Below are positions 12,001 to 23,749 of a DNA stretch of 64,000 nucleotides, in pieces. The notes under the pieces are model-generated. The model saw only the letters and a program-made list of their open reading frames with translations. It had not been told where the DNA came from and did not search any database. The position numbers were made by a program, and so were the translations under genes. How positions within the stretch are numbered: position 1 is the first letter of the stretch; every line of letters begins with the position of its first letter. The stretch spans positions 3,658,001 through 3,722,000 of the forward strand of contig NC_052157.1 of NCBI RefSeq assembly GCF_902713615.1, written 5' to 3'. Origin of the DNA: Scyliorhinus canicula (lineage: Eukaryota).

Positions 12001-13827
12001 TATCTCTGCTGTGTTAGGAAGCAGTGAGTTAGGATGTATCTCTGCTGTGTTAGGAAGCAGTGAGTTAGGATGTCTGTCTGCTGTGTTAGGAAGCAGTGAG
12101 TTAGGATGTCTGTGTGCTGTGTTAGGAAGCAGTGAGTTAGGATGCCTGCTGTGTTAGGAAGCAGTGAGTTAGGATGTATCTCTGCTGTGTTAGGAAGCAG
12201 TGAGTTAGGATGTATCTCTGCTGTGTTAGGAAGCAGTGAGTTAGGATGCCTGCTGTGTTAGGAAGCAGTGAGTTAGGATGTCTGTGTGCTGTGTTAGGAA
12301 GCAGTGAGTTAGGATGCCTGCTGCGTTAGGAAGCAGTGAGTTAGGATGTATATCTGCTGTGTTAGGAAGCAGTGAGTTAGGATGCCTGCTGCGTTAGGAA
12401 GCAGTGAGTTAGGATGTATCTCTGCTGTGTTAGGAAGCAGTGAGTTAGGATGTCTGTCTGCTGTGTTAGGAAGCAGTGAGTTAGGATGCCTGCTGTGTTA
12501 GGAAGCAGTGAGTTAGGATGTATCTCTGCTGTGTTAGGAAGCAGTGAGTTAGGATGTCTGTCTGCTGTGTTAGGAAGCAGTGAGTTAGGATGTCTGTCTG
12601 CTGTGTTAGGAAGCAGTGAGTTAGGATGTCTGTGTGCTGTGTTAGGAAGCAGTGAGTTAGGATGTCTGTGTGCTGTGTTAGGAAGCAGTGAGTTAGGATG
12701 TCTGCCTGCTGTGTTAGGAAGCAGTGAGTTAGGATGTCTGTGTGCTGTGTTAGGAAGCAGTGAGTTAGGATGTATCTCTGCTGTGTTAGGAAGCAGTGAG
12801 TTAGGATGTCTGTCTGCTGTGTTAGGAAGCAGTGAGTTAGGATGTATCTCTGCTGTGTTAGGAAGCAGTGAGTTAGGATGTATCTCTGCTGTGTTAGGAA
12901 GCAGTGAGTTAGGATGTCTGCTGTGTTAGGAAGCAGTGAGTTAGGATGTCTGTGTGCTGTGTTAGGAAGCAGTGAGTTAGGATGTCTGTGTGCTGTGTTA
13001 GGAAGCAGTGAGTTAGGATGTCTCTCTGCTGCGTTAGGAAGCAGTGAGTTAGGATGTCTGTCTGCTGTGTTAGGAAGCAGTGAGTTAGGATGTATCTCTG
13101 CTGTGTTAGGAAGCAGTGAGTTAGGATGTCTGTCTGCTGTGTTAGGAAGCAGTGAGTTAGGATGTCTCTCTGCTGTGTTAGGAAGCAGTGAGTTAGGATG
13201 TCTGTCTGCTGTGTTAGGAAGCAGTGAGTTAGGATGTCTGTGTGCTGTGTTAGGAAGCAGTGAGTTAGGATGTCTGTTTGCTGTGTTAGGAAGCAGTGAG
13301 TTAGGATGTATCTCTGCTGTGTTAGGAAGCAGTGAGTTAGGATGTCTGTGTGCTGTGTTAGGAAGCAGTGAGTTAGGATGTCTGTGTGCTGTGTTAGGAA
13401 GCAGTGAGTTAGGATGTCTGTCTGCTGTGTTAGGAAGCAGTGAGTTAGGATGTCTGTCTGCTGTGTTAGGAAGCAGTGAGTTAGGATGTCTGTGTGCTGT
13501 GTTAGGAAGCAGTGAGTTAGGATGTCTGTCTGCTGTGTTAGGAAGCAGTGAGTTAGGATGTCTGTCTGCTGTGTTAGGAAGCAGTGAGTTAGGATGTCTG
13601 TCTGCTGTGTTAGGAAGCAGTGAGTTAGGATGTCTCTCTGCTGTGTTAGGAAGCAGTGAGTTAGGATGTCTGTGTGCTGTGTTAGGAAGCAGTGAGTTAG
13701 GATGTCTGTGTGCTGTGTTAGGAAGCAGTGAGTTAGGATGTCTGCTGTGTTAGGAAGCAGTGAGTTAGGATGTCTGTCTGCTGTGTTAGGAAGCAGTGAG
13801 TTAGGATGTCTGTCTGCTGTGTTAGGA
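1..13827. repeat. Minisatellite array, ~390 units of 36 bp (with 32-bp variants), in LCTL intron 5; runs off the window start
   Basis: Near-invariant TGCTGTGTTAGGAAGCAGTGAGTTAGGATG followed by a variable slot (TCTGTC, TCTGTG, TATCTC, TCTCTC, TCTGCC, TATATC, TC or CC). Ends abruptly at GTTAGGA 13827. Confidence 0.99.
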
Positions 13828-14437
13828 CTCAAGGTCCCCGTTGATGAGGCAGAAGATTCCTCGAGTTCCTGCCATCATTTTGCACCATGTAGGGTATATG
13901 TGCCAAATGTAGAAGTTACATCACAGTTACTAGATAATTAGCGTGTCCAAGGTGTTTGTCTCCATGGCTACTAAAGTGCCTCACACGCCTCAGATTAAAT
14001 TTGTACTAGTGTTCCTGTTAATGTGTGGATATCTCAATCTGCCAGCCCTGACAGTTCCCAGTGTTTTGACCTAGAATTTATGGACCATTGAGGCAGCAGT
14101 GTCAAGAACAACCCTTTCTAAATCTGCCAGTGGACATAATTCATGCAGAATAAAACCAGTTCGTGATAAAGAAACACAAGACCCACAGACTGCAGTTAGG
14201 ACCCTCCAATATAGAATGTGAAGTGTTGTGATTGAGCTAAGGAACTTTGCTACTTCATCTATTTCAGAAACAATTCACAAACGAATCAATAAATCTTTGT
14301 TTTTTTCGATTCTATTTTCATGCAATTCATTGTTATCTACGTCCTCAATTCCTAAGCCACACACAACAGATAAACCTCAGGCAAGAGTGTTGGATTGGCT
14401 TGAACAGAAGAAATAATTTAAAAAGTTACATTAAAAG

Positions 14438-14616
14438 AATAATAATAATAATTGCTTATTGTCACGAGTCGGCTTCAATGAAGTTACTGCGAAAAGCCCC
14501 TAGTCGCCACATTCCGGCGCCTGTTCGGAGAGGCTGGTACGGGAATTGAACCCGCGCTGCTGCCTTGTTCTGCATTACAAGCCAGCTGTTTAGCCCACTG
14601 TGCTAAACCAGCCCCC
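14438..14616 (-). mobile_element. tRNA-derived SINE, family B (GGGGCTGGTTTAGCAC... head)
   Basis: A/B-box-like head, 3' tail CGACTAGGGGCTTTTC(A/G)CAGTAACTTCATTGAAGCC, (ATT)n end; many near-identical copies in the window. Confidence 0.85.
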
Positions 14617-15170
14617 AGAAAGGTTTTGACCTCAAGCAGTCGCAATGAATCTTCATTTCAAAAAGATTTTTAATGCTCTTTAAATATTATACTTGAAAGT
14701 AATATTGATGGGAAAACATGGAAGTCTTTACTTTTTGTGGGGTGTTACTGTGAAAATGGCTGCCATGTTTGTCCACATAACCGTGTCACTGCCCTACAGG
14801 TCATGTATGTGGAGACTTTGAGATGATCCTGAGAGATGCGATAAGCCACAATATAAAGGGGAACTCTATCACCATCTGAGGTGGGAGTACTGTAGGTCAC
14901 TTTGACAATGGTGTCGCCAAGCTCGCACTCTGGTTCCAGGTTTTAGATATCTGAGACTTTGACCAGTGGTTAAAACTCAACCTCAGAACAATCTGATAAG
15001 AAAAGGTTAATCAAATAAGAATAATTCTTTAACAGGAGAAGCTAAAAACCAACTTACTGACAGCTTACTTCTTTCTGGGTTTATGTGAAATTGGGAGCTC
15101 TACCATTATTTGGGCCGATGTAATAAAGTTCCAACCTTGGTAAAAATTTAAATGGCTCAATAAGCTTCTT

Positions 15171-15952
15171 GGGCGGTACGAATCCCGCCCCGCCGCCCCA
15201 ACGCTGGCTGCTGTATTCTCCAGCGCCGTTTTTCGGGCGGGGGCGGGACTCACGCCATGCCGATCGGACACCGTTGGCAGCGCCCCACCCCCCTCGATTC
15301 TCCGGAACCCGATGGGCTGAGCGGCTGTCCGATTTTGGCCAGCCCTGCCGGCGTGGGTTACGCACGGTCCCACCCGGTGGGACCTGGCAGGTAAGTCGGC
15401 GTGGGCGGTCCTCGGGGGGGGGGGGGGGGGGGGGGGCATGGGGAGGATCCGACCCGGGGGGGGGTGCACAGTGACCTGGCCCGCAATCGGGGCCCACCGT
15501 TCTGTGGGCGAGCCTGTTCCATGGGGGCACTTCTTCCTTCCGCGCCGGCCCCTGTAGGGCTCCGCCATGGCTGTCGCGTAGAAGGGAACCCCCTGCGCAT
15601 ATGGCAAAATGCAACGGCCGGTCTGCGCATGCGCGGAATCATGCCCGCAGTTCCGCGCATGCGCAAGATCATGACGACCGTTCTGCGCTCGCACGAACTC
15701 ACGCAGTCCCTTCGGCGCCGGCTGGAGCGCGCCATCCCCTCCCCGTCCACCTAGCCCCCGAGACAGGTGAGAATTCCTCACCTTGGGGGTCCGTTGGTGC
15801 CGGAGTCGTTGGTGCCGGAGTCGTTGGCGCCGGAGTCATTGGCATGCGCAGACCGGCCGTTGTATTTTGCCATATGCGCAGAGGGTTTTCTTCTCCGCGA
15901 CGGCCACGGAGGAGCCCTACAGGGGCCGGCGCGGAAGGAAGAAGTGCCCCCA
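15171..15952. mobile_element. GC-rich non-autonomous (MITE-like) element with a long internal inverted repeat
   Basis: CpG-rich block in AT-rich intron. 15522-15632 is the near reverse complement of 15842-15952; 15-bp tandem CCGGAGTCGTTGGTG near 15795-15842. Confidence 0.55.
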
Positions 15953-16429
15953 CAGAACTGTTGATTTCAGTTCTTGATCGCTTTGGAAAGCATCCAATTA
16001 ACTTCTTCCTGTAACTGAGTTGGGGTGTTCAGAATAAATCAGGGAGAAAATTAGATTTCACGCGAGGGCCTTTAGATGTTTTTATTCACCACCAACGAAA
16101 GGGGGAGCTCCTTATGAGGAATTTCTTTCTCAGTTTGTCCTTTTAAATTCAGGAATAAAAGCAGGAAGCTGAAAATAGCAAAATCAGAAATAAAACCAGA
16201 AAATGCTGGATAAACTCTGCAGGTCCGGCAGAGTCTGTGGAGAAACAGAGTTACCGAAATCATGGCATCTTTAGAAACCTAAGAATGGAATGGTTCCCTT
16301 ACCTGAGATGGGATATGTATTCTTAAATGGGCCATCCCAAAAATACCTTAGACACAGATATAAATCTCAATCCATTATTCCTACATAAAGGAAATAAATT
16401 AACTAAAATGTTTAAAACTGCAATATTTA

Positions 16430-16591
<162 letters not shown>

Positions 16592-16884
16592 CTACAATAG
16601 CAATGATGATAGAGTATTGTCAGTTCCAGGAAGATAAACATTCAATTCAAAAAGGCCATTTGACCCATCATGTCTGTTCCCCCCAATGAACTCTGAAGAG
16701 TTTACCAACTCTTCCAGGCTTGCATAGACACAGATAAAACTTCCAACAAAATAAACACCTTGGTGATCAAAACTAAATTCCCACTCCCGATTACTATCCA
16801 GTGAATCTTGATGGCAGGAACTTGTTGCCTGGTGAGGATATGATTGGGATCAACCAAAATATCCCTTAGCCTCAGTGAGCTCCA

Positions 16885-17064
16885 ATGTGAAAATGAAAAT
16901 CGCTTATTGTCACAGGTAGGCTTCAATGAAGTTACTGTGAAAATCCCCTAGTCGCCACATTCCGGCACCTGTTCGAGGAGGCTGGTACGGGAATTGAACC
17001 CGTGCTGCTGGCCTTTTTCTACATTACAAGCCAGCTGTTTAGCCCACTGTGCTAAACCAGCCCC
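16885..17064 (-). mobile_element. SINE family B
   Basis: Same head and tail as 14438-14616, (TTTCA)n end. Confidence 0.85.
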
Positions 17065-17407
17065 TGGTGAGGGCAAAGCTGGACGATATCATCCTCTGAG
17101 AGTGTGGGGCCAGGAAAGGCTTGGGGTCAGCACTGATCTGTGGATTTATAACCTTACAAATGTCAGGAAGATTTGCACTCACCTGGGAACAGTGATGAAT
17201 GTAAGAAATTGTTATATACTATATTTTATATTTTGTCACAGTAATGTTATTAAAAACCCTGGGTTCAAACACATACAGGCAGTCTGTCTGCTAAAGCTGT
17301 GATTCAGGGGTAATAAAAGTGAGATTATCATTGATTTCAATTGTTTACTTACTTACAGAGAAATGACGAATGGAACATTGTTTATGTTTAGGAGGTTCAC
17401 TGGGTTA

Positions 17408-20400
17408 CATAGAACATAGAACAGTACAGCACAGAACAGGCCCTTTGGCCCTCGATGTTGTGCCGAGCATTGTCCGAAACCAAGATCAAGCTATCCCACT
17501 CCCTGTCATTCTGGTGTGCTCCATGTGCCTATCCAATAACCGCTTGAAAGTTCCTAAAGTGTCCGACTCCACTATCACAGCGGGCAGTCCATTCCACACC
17601 CTAACCACTCTCTGAGTAAAGAACCTACCTCGGATATCCCGCCTACATCTCCCACCCTGAACCTTATAGTTATGCCCCCTTGTAACAGCTACATCCACCC
17701 GAGGAAATAATCTCTGAACGTCCACTCTATCTATCCCTCTCATCATCTTATAAACCTCTATTGAGTCGCCTCTCATCCTCCTCCACTCCAAAGAGAAAAG
17801 CCCTAGCTCCCTCAACCTTTCCTCATAAGATCTATCCTGCAAACCAGGCAGCATCCTGGTAAATCTCCTTTGCACCCTTTCCAATGCTTCCACATCCTTC
17901 CTATAATGAGGTGACCAGAACTGCACACAATACTCCAAATGTGGTCTCACCAGGGTCATGTATAGTTGCAGCATAACCCCGCGGCTCTTAAACTCAAGCC
18001 CCCTGTTAATAAACGCTAACACACTATCGGCCTTCTTCATGGCTATATCCACTTGTGTGGCAACCTTCAGAGATCTGTGGACATGAACCCCAAGATCTCT
18101 CTGTTCCTCCACATTCCTCAGAACCCTGCCGTTGACCCTGTAATCCGCATTCAAATGTTTTCGACCAAAATGAATCACCTCGCGCTTATCAGGGTTAAAC
18201 TCCATCTGCCATTTTTTGGCCCAGCTCTGCATCCTATCAATGTCTCTTTGCAGCCTACAACAGCCCTCCACCTCATCCACTACTCCACCAATCTTGGTGT
18301 CATCAGCAAATTTACTGACCCACCCTTCAGCCTGATAAAAATCACAAATAGCAGAGGACCCAGCACTGATCCCTGTGGTACACCGCTGGTAACTGGTCTC
18401 CAGTCTGAAAATTTTCCATCCACCACCACCTGCTGTCTTCTATGTGATAGCCAGTTACTTATCCAATTGGCCAAATTTCCCTCTATCCCACACCTCCTTA
18501 CTTTCGTCATGAGCCGACCATGGGGAACCTTATCAAACGCCTTACTAAAATCCATGTATACGACATCAACTGCTCTACCTTCAGCTACACACTCAGTTAC
18601 CTCCTCAATGAATTCAATCAAATTTGTGAGGCAAGACTTACCCTTAACGAATCCATGTTGGCTATCCCGGACTAAGCTGCATCTTTCCAAATGGTCATAA
18701 ATCCTAACCTTCAGGACCTTTTCCATTAACTTACCGACCACCGAAGTAAGACTAACTGGCCTATAATTACCAGGGTCATTCCTATTCCCTTTCTTGAACA
18801 GAGGAGCAACATTCACCACTCTCCAGTCCTCTGGCACTATCCCCGTGGACAGTGAGGAACCAAAGATCAAAGCCAAAGGCTCTGCAATCTCATCCCTTGC
18901 CTCCCAAAGAATCCTTGGATATATCCCATCTGGCCCAGGGGACTTGTCGACCCTCAGGTTTTGCAAAATTGCTAATACATCCTTCCTCAGAACATCCACC
19001 TCCTCCAGCCTACCCGCCTGTATCACACTCTCATCCTCAAAAACATGGCCCCTCTCCTTGGTGAACACTAAAAAAAGTATTCATTCAACACCTCTCCTAT
19101 TTCTTCTGACTCCATTCACAGGTTCTTGGCCTTCCTGTCCTTGACCAGCCCTAACCTCACCCTGGTCATTCTTTTATTTCTCACATAAGAGTAAAAAGCC
19201 TTGGGGTTTTCCTTGATCCGACCCACCAAGGACTTCTCACGCCCCCTCCTAGCTCTCCTCAGCCCTTTTTTTAGCTCATTCCTTGCTACCTTGTAACCCA
19301 CAAGTGACCCAACTGAACCTTGTTTTCTCATCCTTACATACGCTTCCTTTTGCCTCTTGACAAGACATTCAACCTCTTTTGTGAACCATTGTTCCCTCAC
19401 ACGGCCATTTCCTCCCTGCCTGACAGGGACATACCTATCAAGGACACGCAGTATTTGTTCCTTGAACAAGCTCCACTTGTCATTTGTTCATTTCCCTGAC
19501 AGTTTCTGTTCCCATCTTATGCTCCCTAATTCTTGCCTAATCGCATCATAATTACCCCTCCCCCAATTATAAACCTTGCCCTGCGTATGGCCCTATCCCT
19601 CTCCATTGCAATAGTGAAAGACACCGAATTGTGGTCACTATCTCCAAAGTGCTCTCCCACAAACAAATCTAACACTTGGCCCGGTTCATTACCCAGTACC
19701 AAATCCAATGTGGTCCCCCCTCTTGTCAGCCTATCCACATATTGTGTCAGGAAACCCTCCTGCACACACTGTACAAAAACTGCCCCATCCAAACTGTTCG
19801 ACCTATAGAGGTTCCAATCAATATTTGGAAAGTTAAAGTCATCAATGAAATAAAATGAAAATCGCTTATTGTCACAAGTAGGCTTCAAATGAAGTTACTG
19901 TGAAAAGCCCCGAGTCGCCACATTCCGGCGCCTGTTCAGGGAGGCTGGTACGGGAATTGAACCGTGCTGCTGGCCTGCCTTCGTCTGCTTTAAAAGTCAG
20001 CTCTTTAGCCCTGTGCTAAACCAGCCCCTGACCCATGAAAACTACCCTGAGACCTCCACACCTATCCATAATCTGTTTTGCAATTTCTTCCTCCACATCT
20101 CTATTACTATTTGGGGGCCTATAGAAAACTCCTAACAACATGACCGCTCCTTTCCTATTTTTAACTTCGGCCCATATTACCTCAGTAGTCAAATCCCCTT
20201 CAAACTGCCTTTCTGCAGCCGTTAAACTATCCTTGATTAACAATGCTACTCCTCCACCTCTTTTACCACCTTCCATACTCTTACTGACACATCTATACCC
20301 TGGAACTTCCAACAACCATTCCTGTCCCTGTTCTAACCATGTCTCTGTAATGGCCACAACATCGTAGTCCCAAGTACCAATCCATGCTCCAAGTTCACCT

Positions 20401-20577
20401 ACCTTATTCCGGATGCTCCTTGCATTGAAGTAGGCACACTTCAACCCACCTTTCTCTCTGCCGGTGCACTCCTGCGACCTTGATACCCTCCTCAGTACCT
20501 CACTACTCTCAACACTGGCTTCTGGACTACAGCTCGTTTTCCCAGCCCCCTGACAAATTAGTTTAGACTCCCCCGGT
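17408..20577 (-). mobile_element. CR1-clade LINE (HER1-like), 5'-truncated and frameshifted; APE endonuclease and RT
   Basis: ORF fragments KCAYFNARSI..ITETW (endonuclease), [47 protein letters not shown]; (TTCTATG)n 3' tail at ~17408. A small deletion shifts the frame just before FADD. Confidence 0.93.
19844..20029 (-). mobile_element. SINE family B nested in the CR1 endonuclease region
   Basis: Splits the MG|DFNFPNIDW motif of the LINE. Confidence 0.88.
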
Positions 20578-20830
20578 TGTAGAACATTTATGGGAGATTG
20601 TGTTTAGTCCTATCTAAGCAAGTAATGGGACATCTTATGGAATGAGACTGGAGAATACCTTATGTTTGGGATCCAGATAATGTAATTAATGGGAGGAGCC
20701 AGGACTGTCTGTATTTTTTCACTTGCCATAATATTTTTGTCTAACAAGAATTTTCAGGGTTGTTCCTGAAAGGGCCTCTCTCCACAGGTCTGCATAGAGG
20801 CCCAAGTAACCCTGACTGTTAATTTTATTT

Positions 20831-21342
20831 ATACATACATACATAGATACATAGAAGATAGGAGCAGGAAGAGGCCTTTTGGCCCTACGAGCCTGCTCCA
20901 CCATTCATTACGATCATGGCTGATCATCCAACTCAATAGCCTAATCCTGCTTTCTCCCCATAACCTTTGATCCCATTCCCCCCCAAGTGCTATATCCAGC
21001 CGCCTCTTGAATATATTCAATGTTTTAGCATCAACTATTTCCTGTGGTAATGAATTCCACAGGCTCACCACTCTTTGGGTGAAGAAATGTCTCCTTATCT
21101 CTGTCCAAAATGGTTTACTCTGAATCCTCAGGCTGTGACCCCTGGTTCTGGACACACCCATCATTGGTAACATCTTCCCTGCATCTACCCTGTTTAGTCC
21201 TGTTAGAATTTTATAAGTCTCTATGAGATCTCCCCTCATTCTTCTGAACTCCAGCGAGAAAAATCCCAACCTAGTCAATCTCTCCTCATATGACAGTCCC
21301 GCCATCCCTGGAATCAGTCTGGTAAACCTTCGCTGCACTCCC
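20831..21342 (-). mobile_element. CR1 LINE 3' fragment (second subfamily)
   Basis: QRRFTRLIPG..LSYEERL..RGDLIE..FFTQRVV; (TATG)n tail. Confidence 0.9.
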
Positions 21343-22071
21343 TTATAAGTGGCATTTGAACTGTATTGGGCAGCTTAATTGGAATATACAGTGGCAGATG
21401 TAGATATGCAGTGAACGTTTTATTCCCCTTTTATTTAAGAACTATTTAACTGAAATATATTACTGTATTGCTAATGTGATTGATTCTGTGTTTAAATTAA
21501 AGTTGGTTTTAACATAAAAGATATCTCCTGGTCAGTGTTATCACTGCTGCGGTTTAGTAATCTTCCCTCACGGTCTTATAAATTGCACATTGTGGGGATT
21601 ATCATACCGGAGTCCTAATAGAACATAGTAACTGACCTACTTCATGGAATATAGAAGGTTTAGTCAGGGCCGTAGAATCACGGATAAAGAGTAACATCGC
21701 TGTCCTCTCAATAAAAAGACACGATCCTTTGAAAGAAATCCACGAAATATGGCCACATGGGTGAGGTCTGTCCTGTGTTCATAGAACTCAAACTCTCCAT
21801 GATCAAGAGAGGAAGACAAAATTGCAATAAAAACCATAAAATACTTAGAATTTGTAGGGGCTGTCGATGTTTAGTGTTCAGCCTTAGCTCTGGGCTTTTA
21901 AAATCATTTTTGGGATGTGGGGGGGTCATTGGTAATTCTGCCATTTATTGCTCACCCTCGGTTGCCCCGAGGAGGTGATGGTGTGCCTTCTCCTTGAACC
22001 TCTGCAGTTTTTGTGACTCACACAGATGTCAGCACGCTCCAAACGGTGTTCAAAATGTTTTTTTCACAAAC

Positions 22072-22181
22072 CTGAGGGAGGTCTCCATGGTACAGAGTTG
22101 CTATGGGCTGGATCTTATTCTCCAGGAGGGTGTTTATGAGCTCGTTATAGTGCATGATTCCTTTGTCATTGACTCGCTCAG
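22072..22181 (-). CDS. LCTL: LCTL coding exon 4: (A)ERVNDKGIMHYNELINTLLENKIQPIATLYHGDLPQ
   Basis: 110 nt, tacag| and |gtttgt, phase 1/0, consistent with exons 3 and 5; GH1 TLxHxDLPQ motif. Confidence 0.93.
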
Positions 22182-22568
22182 CTGTACAACGTGGAGAGAT
22201 GAGAAACAAACTGTGACTTAAAAGGGAAACAAAGTTATTTGACAACATTAAAGATTTTCTCCACCAGCCATCCCTTCTTAAATCCTTCCTCCAGTCTTCC
22301 TGCGCTGTCTGCACATTTTCACCTGGTGGCGATCTCCTCCCACGAGTGTGCAGAGGCTGCTTCACAGGCATTAATCCTGTGAGGGAAACGCTTAGGGGGA
22401 TTAGCCTTAGAGGTAGATGCTGAGAGAACGGAAAAGCCGGGAAGTCAGCGGGCAGCTGGGAGTTTGTACCTTAACACACAGAATCTCATTGGCAGGAAGA
22501 CCTGAAATCTTCTGCGGGGGGCAGAGTGATTTTCAGAGTGCAGTAAGTAGACTTAGACAAGGCAGGTG

Positions 22569-22797
22569 CGAGCAGCACGGTGGCGCAGTGGTAGCACTGC
22601 GGTCTCACGGTGGCGAGGTCCCGGGTTCGATCCCGGCTCTGGGTCACTGTCCGTGTGGAGTTTGCACATTCTCCCCGTGTTTGTGTGGGTTTGGCCCCCA
22701 TATCCCAAAGATGTGCAGGGTAGGTGGATTGGCCACGCTAAATTGCCCCTTAATTGGAAAAAATGAATTGGGCACTCTAAATTTATTTTAAAAAAGA
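22569..22797 (+). mobile_element. V-SINE (HE1-like) with short A-rich tail and 12-bp TSD
   Basis: V-domain GTGGAGTTTGCACATTCTCCCCGTG; TSD ACAAGGCAGGTG at 22557-22568 and 22798-22809. Confidence 0.88.
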
Positions 22798-22961
22798 ACA
22801 AGGCAGGTGGATCTGAAGTGGCCGGAACATACAGTGAAAGTGTTGTCTCTTCTCAGTAGAAGGATATGAACCGATGGAAGAGGAAGTCACACCTTCACAC
22901 CTCAGCGCCCCCCCCCCCCCCCCCCTTCCCCCAGCAGTGCCAACCTGACTGCCTCCTGGAA

Positions 22962-23192
22962 CCCTGAGTGCCAACTTGGTACTGCCCCTGGCATCATGGC
23001 GGTGCCATGTTGCCTCTGCCAGGGTGCTGGGGGAAGTGCCATGTTGCCCCTGCCAGGGTGCTGGGGGCAGTGCCATGTTGCCTCTGCCAGGGTGCTGGGG
23101 GCAGTGCCATGCTGCCTCTGCCAGGGTGCTGGGGGCAGTGCCATGTTGGCAAAACCAGGGTGCCAGGGGTAGCACCAAGTTGGCACTCAGGG
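22962..23192. repeat. About four 34-bp tandem repeats enclosed by a ~34-bp inverted repeat
   Basis: Unit GTGCCATGTTGCCTCTGCCAGGGTGCTGGGGGCA; flanks CCCTGAGTGCCAACTTGGT... and ...ACCAAGTTGGCACTCAGGG. Confidence 0.8.
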
Positions 23193-23276
23193 CACCAGGC
23201 CTTTCTAGGAAGCAGTTCAGAACAAACCTCTTCAAAAAAACTGCGTTCGAAACAACAATTGCTGAAAACAGGAACC

Positions 23277-23464
23277 CAAAGATGTGCGGGTTAGGTGGAT
23301 TGGCCATGCTAAATTGCCCGTAGTGTCCTAAAAAGTAAGGTTAAGCGGGGGGTTGTTGGGTTACGGGTATAGGGTGGATACGTGGGTTTGAGTAGGGTGA
23401 TCATTGCTCGGCACAACATCGAGGGCCGAAGGGCCTGTTCTGTGCTGTACTGTTCTAATTCTAT
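23277..23464 (+). mobile_element. 5'-truncated V-SINE with CR1-derived tail
   Basis: Ends GGGCCTGTTCTGTGCTGTACTGTTCTA, the same as the LINE 3' end at 17408-17470. Confidence 0.85.
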
Positions 23465-23661
23465 ACTTCACAGTTAGCGGACTGAGAAGAGCTATAAAAA
23501 CAAAGAACGGTAAACTGATTTATGCCTGCGCAAATCCCATTTTGTGGCTCTCCCGCAATTCTCCCGATTTAGCGACATAAGTGTCGGGCACACGTGGCCG
23601 GAGCCCCCCCCCCCCCCCCCCACTCCCAAGCCCACCATGATCACAAAATGAGAGCTGTTAC

Positions 23662-23749
23662 CTTTGATTCCAGTGGGTACGATTCGAGGCCAGGAGATAG
23701 AAAAGCGATAATGATTGACTTTCAACTCCTTTAGCAGGGTGATGTCCTC
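23662..23749 (-). CDS. LCTL: LCTL coding exon 3: EDITLLKELKVNHYRFSISWPRIVPTGIK
   Basis: 88 nt, ttacag| and |gtaaca, phase 0/1; GH1 YRFSISWPR motif. Confidence 0.95.

Noticed and set aside
1-13827. CRISPR-like repeat/spacer array
   Set aside because: The 'spacers' are only 2-6 bp and are reused from about eight words; there are no cas genes and the context is a eukaryotic intron.
1-13827. Telomere or interstitial telomeric tract
   Set aside because: Hexamers are TTAGGA, not tandem TTAGGG.
11-13941. Long (AVLGSSELGCxx)n and (LTHCFLTQxxDI)n ORFs
   Set aside because: A by-product of a 36-bp stop-free unit; the 32-bp variants shift the frame at random.
15065-16014. Overlapping GC-rich ORFs
   Set aside because: They arise from a GC-rich palindromic repeat and show no protein signature.
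16298-16350. Minus-strand CAG|GTAAG donor suggesting an extra LCTL exon
   Set aside because: The phase-0 frame contains a stop and there is no GH1 similarity.
17486-20444. Active reverse transcriptase gene
   Set aside because: Frameshifts, a deletion near the FADD motif, a SINE insertion and 5' truncation.
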